32,000 bases of DNA from Chlamydiota bacterium (GCA_016196885.1 JACPWU010000039.1:49847-81846), one strand, 5' to 3'; positions 8,944 to 17,704 are shown, counted from the stretch's first letter. The notes: generated by a model from the letters alone, not told the origin. Translations and numbers: made by a program.

Positions 8944-9015
8944 ACAGTTGTGAGTGGTGAGAGGTGAGTTTTAAAGGTATTATTTTTTTACTCACCCCTC
9001 ACCCCTCACGACTGT
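8944..9015. repeat. long hairpin, GTGAGNN / NNCTCAC units, conserved loop (cleanest copy)
   Basis: Left arm acagttgtgagtggtgagaggtgag, loop ttttaaaggtattatttttttac (8969-8991), right arm tcacccctcacccctcacgactgt. About 21 of 24 positions are complementary. It is followed by TTTT. Confidence 0.85.
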
Positions 9016-9033
9016 TTTATAATACTTAAGTTC

Positions 9034-9062
9034 TTGCTATCCCAATTGTTCTATCTTATACT
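9034..9062 (+). promoter_or_regulatory. candidate sigma70-type promoter for the chemosensory cluster
   Basis: TTGCTA (9034-9039), a 17-nt spacer, then TATACT (9057-9062), about 64 nt upstream of cheW ATG 9126 and just after the 8944-9015 hairpin. This is a motif match only. Confidence 0.3.
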
Positions 9063-9125
9063 GTTCGTGGGTTCGAGGTTTCTAAAATTGAAGGTTGCTC
9101 ATAAAGGGAATTCTATTACCTCACG

Positions 9126-9635
9126 ATGAGTCAACAGGATCAAGCCGAAAGCCCACTTTCTCTTTACGAAGAGGAGTTGTACGGGGAGAAGGAAGTTCGA
9201 GAAGCGACCCGTCAGCTCATCGTCTTTTCTTTAGGCCCAGAATACTATGGGCTTGATGTTTGCGGTGTTTGTGAGGTTCTTGCGTCTTCTCAGATGACGC
9301 TTCTTCCGAATGTTCCGCCCCATATCAAGGGGATTATCAATTTGCGAGGGATCATTCTTTCCGTTTCAGATCTCAAGGTAATCTTGGGTCTTCCAGAAAG
9401 TTCTCAAAATCAAAAAAATCAGATTGTGGTTGCCCAGAGCTGTAAGATAGCCACAGGTTTCTGGGTGGATGGGAACACGGAGTCTATTGAAATTTCCATT
9501 TCAAAAATTCAACCTTTGGTTTCAACATTAGATGCCCAGAAGGCTTCTCTGATGCAGGGTCAGGTGGATTATTTGGGAAGGTTGGTAACGGTGTTGGATG
9601 TGGATGCAGTGATTCAGAAGACGAGGGTGGGATAA
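9126..9635 (+). CDS. cheW: chemotaxis coupling protein CheW
   Basis: Single CheW-like domain: QLIVFSLGPEYYGLDVCGVCEVL, IKGIINLRGIILSVSDLKVILGL. Confidence 0.9.
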   Translation: MSQQDQAESPLSLYEEELYGEKEVREATRQLIVFSLGPEYYGLDVCGVCEVLASSQMTLLPNVPPHIKGIINLRGIILSVSDLKVILGLPESSQNQKNQIVVAQSCKIATGFWVDGNTESIEISISKIQPLVSTLDAQKASLMQGQVDYLGRLVTVLDVDAVIQKTRVG

Positions 9636-9640
9636 AAAAA

Positions 9641-9704
9641 TAGCGTTCAGCATTCAGCGTACAGTTTATAAGGAATAATTTTTTTCCTGAACGCTGAACG
9701 CTGA
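9641..9704. repeat. hairpin, TTCAGCG / CGCTGAA units, conserved loop
   Basis: Left arm tagcgttcagcattcagcgtacag, loop tttataaggaataatttttttcc (9665-9687), right arm tgaacgctgaacgctga. It lies 5 nt after the cheW stop. Confidence 0.8.
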
Positions 9705-9718
9705 AAAAGGGGGGGGAT

Positions 9719-11095
9719 ATGAGCAAACTCTGGTTTGCAGTGTGGTGGACGGCATTCATGATGGGCTTTTTAGAAGTGGCGCATGCCGACGAGGTTTCGG
9801 ATTTGAAAGAGACCGTTCGCCAGATGCAGGTCCAAATGGCGGTCATGCAAGAGGAGATTCAAGGTTTAAAGACGCAACTTCGTTCTCAGGAGGCAAGCAC
9901 TGTTTCGAGTCCTGCTCAAGCAGGGGCGCCGTCAGATGTTGCCACACTCAAAGAAGAAATGGCAGCCGTTGAAGAACAAGAGAAGGGGACTTTGGAACGC
10001 TTGGATGAGATGGTGAATTTTGATTTATATGCAACGCTGGCTTTTGAAAATTTTCAGAATACAGATTCTGCTTTTGATGCCCGCAATGTTGAACTTTTGG
10101 CAAGTGCTCATATGACGGATCGGTTGAAGGTCTATACAGAAATTGAGTTTGAACGGGCCTCTACAACCTTAGATGAACCTCAGCAGGGTGAAATTGAAGT
10201 GGAACAAGGGTGGTTAGAATATACGATCAATGATTATTTTAAGCCACGGTTTGGCGTCATGTTGGTTCCATTTGGAAAGTATAACTTAGAACATTTTGAG
10301 CCCTATCAAGAATTAACAGATCGGCCTATTGCTATCAGGCGAATCATACCCACCACCTGGGCGGAGGCAGGCGCGGGATTTACGGGCAATGCTTTTTTAG
10401 GAGATAAAGTGGGTGCTGAAGCGTTGAAAGATTTGTCGCTCAATTACCAAATTTATCTCGTGAATGGTTTAACCGATTTGATCAGTGACACAGGCACTCG
10501 AGATGCAAAAGGTAATTTTGGTTTTGATAGCAATAACAACAAGGCTTTTGTGGGCCGTTTGGGGATCAGTCCTCTTTCGGATCAGGAGGTGGGTGTCAGC
10601 GGCTATGTGGGTGATTATGATAGGGAGAATAACACCCTCTCAGGTGTGGATGTGGATTGGCATTTTAGCATTTCAAAATTTGAGTTGGTGGGAGAATATG
10701 CCTTCCTGAATCTTGAAGAAGGTTTTCAAGGATCTGAAGGAGATGAGGAAGATATATTGGCATCTCCCTTGCTTGTTCCTGACAGCATGGATGGAGGCTA
10801 TGTGGAACTCCGTTATCATTTTTGGTTTGAATGTTTAAACGGTACTTTTTTGAGAAGAGGTTTTGAGAGTCCCACGTTCACAGCTGTTCTGAGGTACGAT
10901 CGGGCCACCATCGCGGATGATACAGATGAAGGGGGGGGTGATAATCAGGAAGAACGATGGACCCTAGGGTTAAATTATCGTCCTGTCCAGACATGGGTGT
11001 ATAAAGCGGAGTATCAATTTAACGAGACGGACCATGAGGTTCTTGAACGGGGTGATAACGATGGGTTTATTGCTTCCGTGACGGCTGCGTTTTAA
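9719..11095 (+). CDS. outer-membrane porin-like beta-barrel protein with N-terminal coiled coil
   Basis: Signal peptide MSKLWFAVWWTAFMMGFLEVAHA, then a coiled-coil segment (VSDLKETVRQMQVQMAVMQEEIQGLKTQL), then alternating amphipathic strands. The C-terminal ...SVTAAF ends on an aromatic residue, as in OMPs. The overall layout resembles phosphate-selective porin O/P-type proteins. Confidence 0.55.
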   Translation: MSKLWFAVWWTAFMMGFLEVAHADEVSDLKETVRQMQVQMAVMQEEIQGLKTQLRSQEASTVSSPAQAGAPSDVATLKEEMAAVEEQEKGTLERLDEMVNFDLYATLAFENFQNTDSAFDARNVELLASAHMTDRLKVYTEIEFERASTTLDEPQQGEIEVEQGWLEYTINDYFKPRFGVMLVPFGKYNLEHFEPYQELTDRPIAIRRIIPTTWAEAGAGFTGNAFLGDKVGAEALKDLSLNYQIYLVNGLTDLISDTGTRDAKGNFGFDSNNNKAFVGRLGISPLSDQEVGVSGYVGDYDRENNTLSGVDVDWHFSISKFELVGEYAFLNLEEGFQGSEGDEEDILASPLLVPDSMDGGYVELRYHFWFECLNGTFLRRGFESPTFTAVLRYDRATIADDTDEGGGDNQEERWTLGLNYRPVQTWVYKAEYQFNETDHEVLERGDNDGFIASVTAAF

Positions 11096-11100
11096 TAATA

Positions 11101-11218
11101 CCGTACATCGTGCATCGTACTTCGTACTTCGAATACCGTGCAATCGCAATTTCGTTGTTACGATGTTCGATGTTCGCTGAACGATGTACTGCCTTTAAGT
11201 ACGATGCACGATGCACTG
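11101..11218. repeat. long imperfect hairpin of ACATCG/CGATGT-type units
   Basis: Outer stem gtacatcgtgcatcgtac (11103-11120) pairs with gtacgatgcacgatgcac (11199-11216) at 17 of 18 positions. The inner parts are unit arrays related, in inverted orientation, to the element at 20785-20887. Confidence 0.7.
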
Positions 11219-11237
11219 TCTTTAAGAGGAGAGGTCT

Positions 11238-11705
11238 ATGAAAAGAGTGTTATCCATTTTACTGGTGATGGCTGGGCTTCTGGCTGCCTCAGGAGTTTAC
11301 GCAAAAGAGATTGCGGTGATTGTGAATAAGGAGAATGGGACGAGCAACCTTTCGATGTCTGAGCTCTCCAGAATTTACGAGGGGAAGATGACGAGTTGGT
11401 CGAATGGTTCTCGTATGATGGTTATCAATCGGCCAACGGCTTCCCCGATCCGTTCGGCTTTTTATCGAACGGTGTTGGGGGTCGAGGCCGGCAAGCAATT
11501 TTTTCAGCCGGGGAGTCCCGTGCCTTTTAAGACGATGATTCAAGAATCGGATACGGCGACGAAACGCATGGTGAGTCAAATGCCCAATGCAGTGGGCTAT
11601 ATCTATGTTGATGCGTTGGATGATACGGTCAAGGCCGTTTCGATTGATGGGGCCTCTCTGACACCCGATGATATTAGCAGTGGAAGATATGCTTTGAAGG
11701 AATAG
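11238..11705 (+). CDS. PstS-like periplasmic substrate-binding domain protein (short, single lobe)
   Basis: Signal peptide MKRVLSILLVMAGLLAASGVYA. The motifs IAVIVNKEN, LSMSELSRIYEGKMTSW and NAVGYIYVDAL resemble the PBP_like_2/PstS family. At 155 aa it is only about half the size of a full PstS. Confidence 0.6.
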   Translation: MKRVLSILLVMAGLLAASGVYAKEIAVIVNKENGTSNLSMSELSRIYEGKMTSWSNGSRMMVINRPTASPIRSAFYRTVLGVEAGKQFFQPGSPVPFKTMIQESDTATKRMVSQMPNAVGYIYVDALDDTVKAVSIDGASLTPDDISSGRYALKE

Positions 11706-11710
11706 GGAAA

Positions 11711-11818
11711 GACAGTCGTGAGTGGTGAGTCGTGAGGGGTGAGTTTTATAGGTATGATTTTTCACTCACGACTCACCCCTCACGACTGTTTTACTCTTAC
11801 TCACCCCTCACGGCAGTT
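11711..11818. repeat. long hairpin, GTGAGNN / NNCTCAC units, conserved loop, with a duplicated right arm
   Basis: Left arm 11711-11743, loop ttttataggtatgatttttcac (11744-11765), right arm 11766-11789 with ~25 bp near-perfect pairing. A second partial 'TTTTAC + tcttactcacccctcacggcagt' copy follows at 11790-11818. Both right arms are followed by T4-5. Confidence 0.85.
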
Positions 11819-11850
11819 TTTACGGTTTTAGAAGAAAGGAGCTTTTGACC

Positions 11851-14283
11851 ATGACACGCTGGAGAGTCAGAACCACCCTGATCATTTTCTTTTTTCTGAT
11901 GGCGCTTCTTCCCGTGGCTCTGGTAGGTTACCGTGCTTATCAGGTAGCCAAACATTCCTTGCAGGAGAGGATTGGGCAAAGTTTACAGAGGCAGGCATTT
12001 ATTGTGATGGATGAAATTAATCGCATGCTTTTTGAACGCTATCAAAATGTGAAGAGCTGGGCGGTGGACTCGGTGATGGTGGATGTTTTGACGGAGGATG
12101 CAGATAGCAGGATCAGTGATCTTTTGAGTACGTTGAAACAGTCCTATGGATTCTATGGTGATTTGGTCTGTACAGATGCGAAGGGGAAGGTGGTGGCCGC
12201 AAGCCGCCGGGAACTCATTGGGAGAAACGAGTCTCAAAATCTATGGTTTCAAAATGCCCTGAGTGAAAATGGGGTGGTGGTTGAGGATTTAAAGAAGTCC
12301 GATTTAGTCGGAGGTTTTGGAATGACCTTTGCCAGTCCCATTCGAGTTTCTTCGGAAGGTTTGGGAGGCGCTTCTTCGGAAGGTGAGGGACAAACGTCCA
12401 GCCATTCTGGCATGAAGACCCTCGGTGTCATTGGGGCTGTCCTCAATTGGTCTGAGATTTTGGACCTTATTAATTCCATGCAAATTTTAGGAGAACAGGA
12501 TCAGAGCAAGTCGGCCTATGCCATTTTAATCAATCGGGAGGGGATGGTTTTAACGCAGCCTTATTTTGATGAGCGGGAAATTATTTTGAAGGAAAATTTG
12601 ATTCAAGAAGGATTGCAGTCTGCCCGCCGTGTGGTGCAAGGGGAAAGCGCTTACCTGGGGGAGCCGGGCCTGTATCAGGCCCAGGATTTGATTGGTTTTG
12701 CGCCTTCTCGAGGGTATCACGATTTCAAGGGCTTGGGGTGGTCCGTTCTGGTTTTTCAAAGAATGACGGAGGCCTTTAAGCCGATTCGCACTCTTCAAAT
12801 GCAGCTTTTGATCATCGGTCTTTTGCTTTTGGTGATTGTGACGACTGTTTCTTTTTTACTGGGAGGAAAAATCGCCCGGCCGATTCAGAGCATGGCCCAG
12901 CTTGCGGATGAAATTGCGAGGGAGGGAAATTTGAGTCGGAAAATGGAAATTCAAGGCCTTGTCTTAGGAAATGGGGATGACGGAACTCATGCCAAGACTC
13001 AAAATGAGGTGGTGCAATTGGCTTTAAGCTTTAACCGTTTGGTGGACAGCATGAAGGCCTTGGCTGGGCAGGCCCAGGCCATTGCGAATGATGATTTACA
13101 AAATAAATCTCTCGACGTTCATATCAAAGGAGATTTGGGAGAATCGTTTGCCCAAATGGTGAGAAATTTAAGACGATTGGCTGAGCAGGCGCAGGCGATT
13201 GCAAGCGATGATTTAAACAATGCGATTTTGTCAGAAGAGGCCAAGGGCACTTTGGGTGGGGCCTCGGCCTTGATGGTCAAGAATTTACGCGGCTTCGCCA
13301 AGCAGGCGGAGGCAATTGCCAATGATGATTTAGAGGATCAGGTTTTGGCGACAGAAGGAAAAGGAGATTTGGGGGGTGCGTTTGCCAAAATGGTGAGATT
13401 TTTGAAAGAGGTTGCTCAAAAGGCCACGCTTGCAGCCAATGGGAGTTTGACGAGGCGTATTGATCGCAAGGGAATTTTGTCAGATGCGTTTAACAAGATG
13501 ATTGATGGGCTTGCTGGGATTTTAGAGAAGATTAAAGAGACAGGTCTTCAGGTTGCGGGTGCGGCGGTCGAGATTAAGTCGGCTGCGGAAGAACAGGCAA
13601 GCGGGGCGGGAGAACAATCATCAACGGTGGCAGAGGTATCCACCACCATGGAAGAATTGGCGAGAACCGCTCAGCAAATTGCGAAAAACGCCCAGGCCGT
13701 GAGTCTAGCGGCCGAGAGAACTTTGGCCGAGATGTCCCAGATTCAGACGAAGGTGTCTCAGACGGCTCGTAAGATTTTGACCTTGGGTGAGAAGAGTCAA
13801 GCCATTGGAAATATTGTGAAAATCATTGATGATTTGGCGGAGCAGACCAATCTTTTGGCCTTAAACGCTGCGATTGAAGCGGCCCATGCGGGGGAGGCCG
13901 GAAAGGGATTTGCGGTGGTGGCAAGCGAGGTGAGGAAACTTTCCGAACGTTCTACGGAATCCACCAATGAAATTCGAACCCTGATCAGTGAAATTCAAGC
14001 CGAGACCAATGCGGCCGTGATGGGCATTGAAGATTCTACAAAACAGGTGAGCAAGGGATTGGAGACCGTTCAGGAATCTGTTCAGCAGGCCAAGGAAATT
14101 TCTGTTGCGACAGGACAGCAAAAGAGCGCTTCTGAACAAGTGGTGATTGCCATGAAGAACATTGATCAAGTGGCCAGACAATTTGCCTCTTCCACCAAGC
14201 AGTCTGCAGCCGCTTCAACTCAACTGGATCAACAAGTGGAATCTCTGAAAAATATGTTGGGTCAGTTTAAGTTGAAGGAATAA
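11851..14283 (+). CDS. methyl-accepting chemotaxis protein with large periplasmic sensor domain and poly-HAMP array
   Basis: Two TM helices flank a ~290 aa periplasmic region. They are followed by a HAMP domain plus 39-aa HAMP-like repeats and the MCP signalling domain ([38 protein letters not shown]). AAGGAG lies 9 nt before ATG 11851. The track start 11845 is a TTG. Confidence 0.9.
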   Translation: MTRWRVRTTLIIFFFLMALLPVALVGYRAYQVAKHSLQERIGQSLQRQAFIVMDEINRMLFERYQNVKSWAVDSVMVDVLTEDADSRISDLLSTLKQSYGFYGDLVCTDAKGKVVAASRRELIGRNESQNLWFQNALSENGVVVEDLKKSDLVGGFGMTFASPIRVSSEGLGGASSEGEGQTSSHSGMKTLGVIGAVLNWSEILDLINSMQILGEQDQSKSAYAILINREGMVLTQPYFDEREIILKENLIQEGLQSARRVVQGESAYLGEPGLYQAQDLIGFAPSRGYHDFKGLGWSVLVFQRMTEAFKPIRTLQMQLLIIGLLLLVIVTTVSFLLGGKIARPIQSMAQLADEIAREGNLSRKMEIQGLVLGNGDDGTHAKTQNEVVQLALSFNRLVDSMKALAGQAQAIANDDLQNKSLDVHIKGDLGESFAQMVRNLRRLAEQAQAIASDDLNNAILSEEAKGTLGGASALMVKNLRGFAKQAEAIANDDLEDQVLATEGKGDLGGAFAKMVRFLKEVAQKATLAANGSLTRRIDRKGILSDAFNKMIDGLAGILEKIKETGLQVAGAAVEIKSAAEEQASGAGEQSSTVAEVSTTMEELARTAQQIAKNAQAVSLAAERTLAEMSQIQTKVSQTARKILTLGEKSQAIGNIVKIIDDLAEQTNLLALNAAIEAAHAGEAGKGFAVVASEVRKLSERSTESTNEIRTLISEIQAETNAAVMGIEDSTKQVSKGLETVQESVQQAKEISVATGQQKSASEQVVIAMKNIDQVARQFASSTKQSAAASTQLDQQVESLKNMLGQFKLKE
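13063..13530 (+). repeat. tandem 117-bp (39-codon) coding repeats, the HAMP-like array inside the MCP gene
   Basis: Units start at 13063, 13180 and 13297 (gctgggcaggcccaggccattgcgaatgatgattta / gctgagcaggcgcaggcgattgcaagcgatgattta / gccaagcaggcggaggcaattgccaatgatgattta). A degenerate fourth unit starts at about 13414. Confidence 0.85.
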
Positions 14284-14470
14284 ATAATGTGCCAATGTGA
14301 TGGCAATAGCAGTGAAACAATATTTGATGGTTTTCTTTAACCCCTCCAGCTCCCCTTTCCCACAGGGACTATAAGAGCTTGAAATAAGGGGAGGGCTCCC
14401 CTCTTATTTCAAGAGGTTATAGTCCCCGTGGGAAAGAGGGGTTGGGGGAGTTATTTCATTGGCACATTAT
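14284..14470. repeat. nested inverted repeats filling the whole mcp-cheA intergenic space
   Basis: Outer inverted repeat aataatgtgccaatg (14284-14298) pairs with cattggcacattat (14457-14470). An inner ~57-nt-arm imperfect palindrome is centred near 14395 (..cccctttcccacagggactataagagcttgaaataaggggag / ctcccctcttatttcaagaggttatagtccccgtgggaaagagggg..). Confidence 0.8.
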
Positions 14471-14471
14471 C

Positions 14472-16793
14472 ATGAAAATCGACAAGTCTCGCTTTATCGC
14501 AACTTTCATCACGGAGGCTCAGGATTATTTAACCCTTCTCAATCAGGGATTGGTGAGATTAGAGAAGGAGGGCTCTAACCTAGAGCTTTTGGCCGAGCTT
14601 TTTCGAGTGGCGCATACTTTGAAAGGGGCTTCTCAGATGATGGGCTTCATGAAAATCAGAACGGTGGCCCATCAATTGGAAGATGTGTTTGATTTTTTAA
14701 AGGAAGGGAAACTTAAATTGGAAGGAGGCATTGCGGATCTGGTTTTTAATTCTTTAGATAGAATCAAAATGGGTCTAGAGCACATTGCGAAGACCCAAGA
14801 GGAGGAAATCCAGACGGATGATCTTTCCTCCCGATTTTCTGAAGTTTGTGGTCCGATTGAAAAAGAATCAACTCCTTCCAACATTTCCAAGCGTGGAGAT
14901 ACTGAAAAACCCAAAGAATTTTCTCCTCCCTTGACTCCGTTGAAAGAGATTCTGCCCAGTGAAAAAAGAGGGCCCAGGCGTGAAGCGGTTTCTCCAGGGG
15001 CCAGCGTTGCTTCGACGGATGAATATATTCGCGTCCCCGTGAGCCGCATCAATGACCTTTTGAATTTGATGGGGGAGATGGTGATCAGCAAGGTAAAATC
15101 CTCTTACAAGATGACGCTCTTTAAACGCCTTTCAAAGCAGGCCCTCATTTCGGAAAGAATGCTTTATGAGCTTGAGACGCTCATCAAAGATCAATTGGAG
15201 ATTCAGGATATTCTCTTTGAGAACAAGGGGTCTGTCCTTCGTGGGTCTCAGGGAAAGGCCTCTCGTTTACTAGATCAATTGCATCAAGTGGAAACAGTTT
15301 TTGGGGATTTTAGAAGAGAATTTTCAACTCTCTCCGACGATATTCAAAATGAGATCTTTCATCTGAATCCCGTGATTGAAGAACTTCAGCAAAAAATGAA
15401 AGAGATTCGCATGCTTCCTTGTGCGACCCTTTTTGAGGGCTTCCCGAGATTGGTGAGGGATATTGCAAAACAAGAAGGAAAGGAAGTCAATTTTCTCGTT
15501 CAAGGAGAGGAAACAGAACTGGACAAGAAGGTTTTAGAGGCCATTAAGGGACCGTTGATTCATGTTTTAAGAAATGCGATGGATCATGGGATTGAAGGAG
15601 CCCAAGAGAGGTTGGCTTTGGGAAAGCCAAAAGAGGGAAATATTGTTCTGGGGGCTTATCAAGAGGGGAGCAAGGTAGTCATTCAGGTTCAGGACGATGG
15701 TCGGGGAATTGATTTAGAGGGGGTGAAGGCCACGGCGCTTAAGAAAAATTTGGTGGATGCCCAGAAATTGCAAGAGATGAAAGAAGAAGAAATACTAAGT
15801 TTAATTTTCATGGACGGATTTTCTACGGCTCCCATTGTGACAGATGTTTCGGGTCGGGGGGTGGGCCTGAGCGTGGTGCGATTGGAGTTAGAAAAATTAA
15901 AAGGATCTGTGCGTGTCTTGAGTGAAAAGGGAAAGGGGACCACCGTCCGATTAGAACTCCCTTTAACCATTGCCATTCTTCAAGTGCTTTTGGTTTCTGC
16001 CGGAGGCGTCCAATGGGCTTTCCCCATGCCCAATTTGGAGGAGAGCCTGAAAGTTGCGTGGTCTCGTGTGGCCACCATTGAAAATCGCATGGTGATTCAA
16101 GTGAGAAGTCAGTCTGTGCCGGTGATTCCTCTGGTGGATGTATTGGGTGTGAGGCAAGGATCTGCGGATGAGAGGCAAGAAGAGATGACAGTGGTTGTGG
16201 TGAATTCATTGGGGAAACGGATCGGCTTTGCGGTGGATCATGTTTTGGGGGAACGGGAAGTTTTTATTAAAAATTTGGGAGCTCATTTGAGCAAAGTGAA
16301 AGGAGTGAGTGGGGCTACGATTCTAGCGAGTGGAGAGGTGATTGTGATTCTGGATGTTCAGGATTTGGTTATTCAAGCCCAGTCTGCTTCGCCCAGAGCC
16401 CCTTTAGGGCATGAGCGTTTTGTCAAGGTTCAAAAAAAGGTTTTGGTAGTGGAAGATTCTCTCACGACCCGAGAATTGGAGAAAACGATTTTAGAAAACA
16501 ATGGATTTGAAGTGGAAACGGCGATTGATGGATTAGATGCACTGGAGAAATTAGGAAAATTATCTTATGATGTGGTGGTTTCTGATATTCAAATGCCTCG
16601 CATGGACGGTTTTGAATTGTGCAAAAACATTCGCCTCAGTGAGAAGTGGAAGGAGCTTCCTGTGATTTTTGTGACGGCCCTTTCCAAAGAGGAGGAGAAG
16701 CGCAAAGGAATCGAAGTTGGGGCCCAGGCCTATATTATCAAAAGTCAATTTGATCAGAAAAATTTACTAGAAATGGTCAATAGATTTGTGTGA
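14472..16793 (+). CDS. cheA: chemotaxis histidine kinase CheA fused to a C-terminal receiver domain
   Basis: Contains an Hpt domain (FRVAHTLKGASQMMGF), a dimerisation region, HATPase_c (DDGRGID, GRGVGLSVV), a CheW-like domain and a REC domain (VLVVEDS..DVVVSDIQMPRMDGFEL). MKIDKSRF at ATG 14472 is the typical Hpt start. The track start 14442 (TTG) lies inside the intergenic palindrome. Confidence 0.9.
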   Translation: MKIDKSRFIATFITEAQDYLTLLNQGLVRLEKEGSNLELLAELFRVAHTLKGASQMMGFMKIRTVAHQLEDVFDFLKEGKLKLEGGIADLVFNSLDRIKMGLEHIAKTQEEEIQTDDLSSRFSEVCGPIEKESTPSNISKRGDTEKPKEFSPPLTPLKEILPSEKRGPRREAVSPGASVASTDEYIRVPVSRINDLLNLMGEMVISKVKSSYKMTLFKRLSKQALISERMLYELETLIKDQLEIQDILFENKGSVLRGSQGKASRLLDQLHQVETVFGDFRREFSTLSDDIQNEIFHLNPVIEELQQKMKEIRMLPCATLFEGFPRLVRDIAKQEGKEVNFLVQGEETELDKKVLEAIKGPLIHVLRNAMDHGIEGAQERLALGKPKEGNIVLGAYQEGSKVVIQVQDDGRGIDLEGVKATALKKNLVDAQKLQEMKEEEILSLIFMDGFSTAPIVTDVSGRGVGLSVVRLELEKLKGSVRVLSEKGKGTTVRLELPLTIAILQVLLVSAGGVQWAFPMPNLEESLKVAWSRVATIENRMVIQVRSQSVPVIPLVDVLGVRQGSADERQEEMTVVVVNSLGKRIGFAVDHVLGEREVFIKNLGAHLSKVKGVSGATILASGEVIVILDVQDLVIQAQSASPRAPLGHERFVKVQKKVLVVEDSLTTRELEKTILENNGFEVETAIDGLDALEKLGKLSYDVVVSDIQMPRMDGFELCKNIRLSEKWKELPVIFVTALSKEEEKRKGIEVGAQAYIIKSQFDQKNLLEMVNRFV

Positions 16794-16803
16794 GGATAAC
16801 CTT

Positions 16804-17580
16804 ATGAAAACTTCATTAAGCATTCTGGTCGTGGATGATGATTCCGGAATCCGGGATTTGTTTGAGAGGATTTTGGAGTCTCAAGGGCATCAGATTGAAA
16901 AGGCGGCTGATGGTTTTGAGGCTGTTGAATGGGCGGGAGAGAAGTCATTTGATTTGGCATTTGTAGATTTGAGAATGCCGGGCCTCAATGGGGTAGATAC
17001 CCTTGCAAAATTAAAAGGAATTCAACCGGAGATCACCATGGTGATCATGAGTGCCCAACCCATGGAGGAGGAGATTGAAAAAGCATGGAAATTGGGGGTT
17101 TACGGCTGCATGGTCAAACCCTTTGATGTCATGAAGGTTCTTCATATCGTAGAGACCATTCAAGTGGCGAAAGAAAAACTTGAGATTAGGCCCAGCGGGA
17201 TTCAAGTTCTCGTCATTGATGACAGCGCTTTGATACGGGATTATTTTACCGTTCTTCTTTCCAAGCAAGGACATGCAGTGGATGTGGCCCGTGATGGGGA
17301 AGAGGGGATCCAGAAGGTTCAGAAAAAATCTTACCATGCTATTTTTTTAGATATTTTAATGCCGGGCCTCAACGGCGTTGAAACCCTGAAGAGGATTCAA
17401 ACTGTGAATTCCAAAATTCCTGTTATCATGATGACGGGTTTTAGTTGTGGGACTGAAAATTTGGTGGAAGAGGCGTATTCATTAGGGGTTTGGGCCGTTT
17501 TGGAAAAGGCCATTGATTCTGCTGAGATTGAAGAAACGCTCGAAAGTGTGCTCAAGAAATCAGGAGTGAAAAACGAATGA
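16804..17580 (+). CDS. response regulator with two tandem receiver domains and no output domain
   Basis: REC1 is ILVVDDDSGIRD..DLAFVDLRMPGLNG. REC2 is VLVIDDSALIRD..HAIFLDILMPGLNG. GAGGA lies 7 nt upstream of ATG 16804. The track start 16786 (TTG) overlaps the cheA stop. Confidence 0.85.
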   Translation: MKTSLSILVVDDDSGIRDLFERILESQGHQIEKAADGFEAVEWAGEKSFDLAFVDLRMPGLNGVDTLAKLKGIQPEITMVIMSAQPMEEEIEKAWKLGVYGCMVKPFDVMKVLHIVETIQVAKEKLEIRPSGIQVLVIDDSALIRDYFTVLLSKQGHAVDVARDGEEGIQKVQKKSYHAIFLDILMPGLNGVETLKRIQTVNSKIPVIMMTGFSCGTENLVEEAYSLGVWAVLEKAIDSAEIEETLESVLKKSGVKNE

Positions 17581-17628
17581 AACATTCATGCCGACTGAGG
17601 TCGGCACAAAAGGGGATGAAAATCACCC

Positions 17629-17704
17629 TTGTAGTCGCCCCATTTATGGGGCGGTCTATGACATTGTGGCATTGGGCATTGCCCGATAAATCGGGCGACT
17701 ACAA
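17629..17704 (+). repeat. REPIN-like doublet, copy 3
   Basis: Sequence: ttgtagtcgccccatttatggggcggtctatgacattgtggcattgggcattgcccgataaatcgggcgactacaa. The termini match copy 2 but the spacer differs. Confidence 0.8.

Noticed and set aside
11138-11329. 63-aa + strand ORF spanning the porin-PBP intergenic region.
   Set aside because: It is read from the ACATCG-unit hairpin (11101-11218) and runs out of frame into the PBP gene. It has a GTG start and a repeat-derived peptide.
17590-17605. A GCCGAC-TGAG-GTCGGC hairpin lies 10 nt after the REC-REC stop codon and could be an intrinsic terminator.
   Set aside because: The stem is only 6 bp and is followed by ACAAAAGGGG rather than a U tract. It could still be a weak structure, but it is not supportable as a terminator.
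17667-17682. A sigma54-like TGGCAT-N-TTGC string (tggcattgggcattgc) lies upstream of cheB, inside REPIN copy 3.
   Set aside because: The GG-to-GC spacing is one nucleotide longer than the consensus TGGCACG-N4-TTGC. The site is in a repeat-element spacer and is not shared by the other copies.
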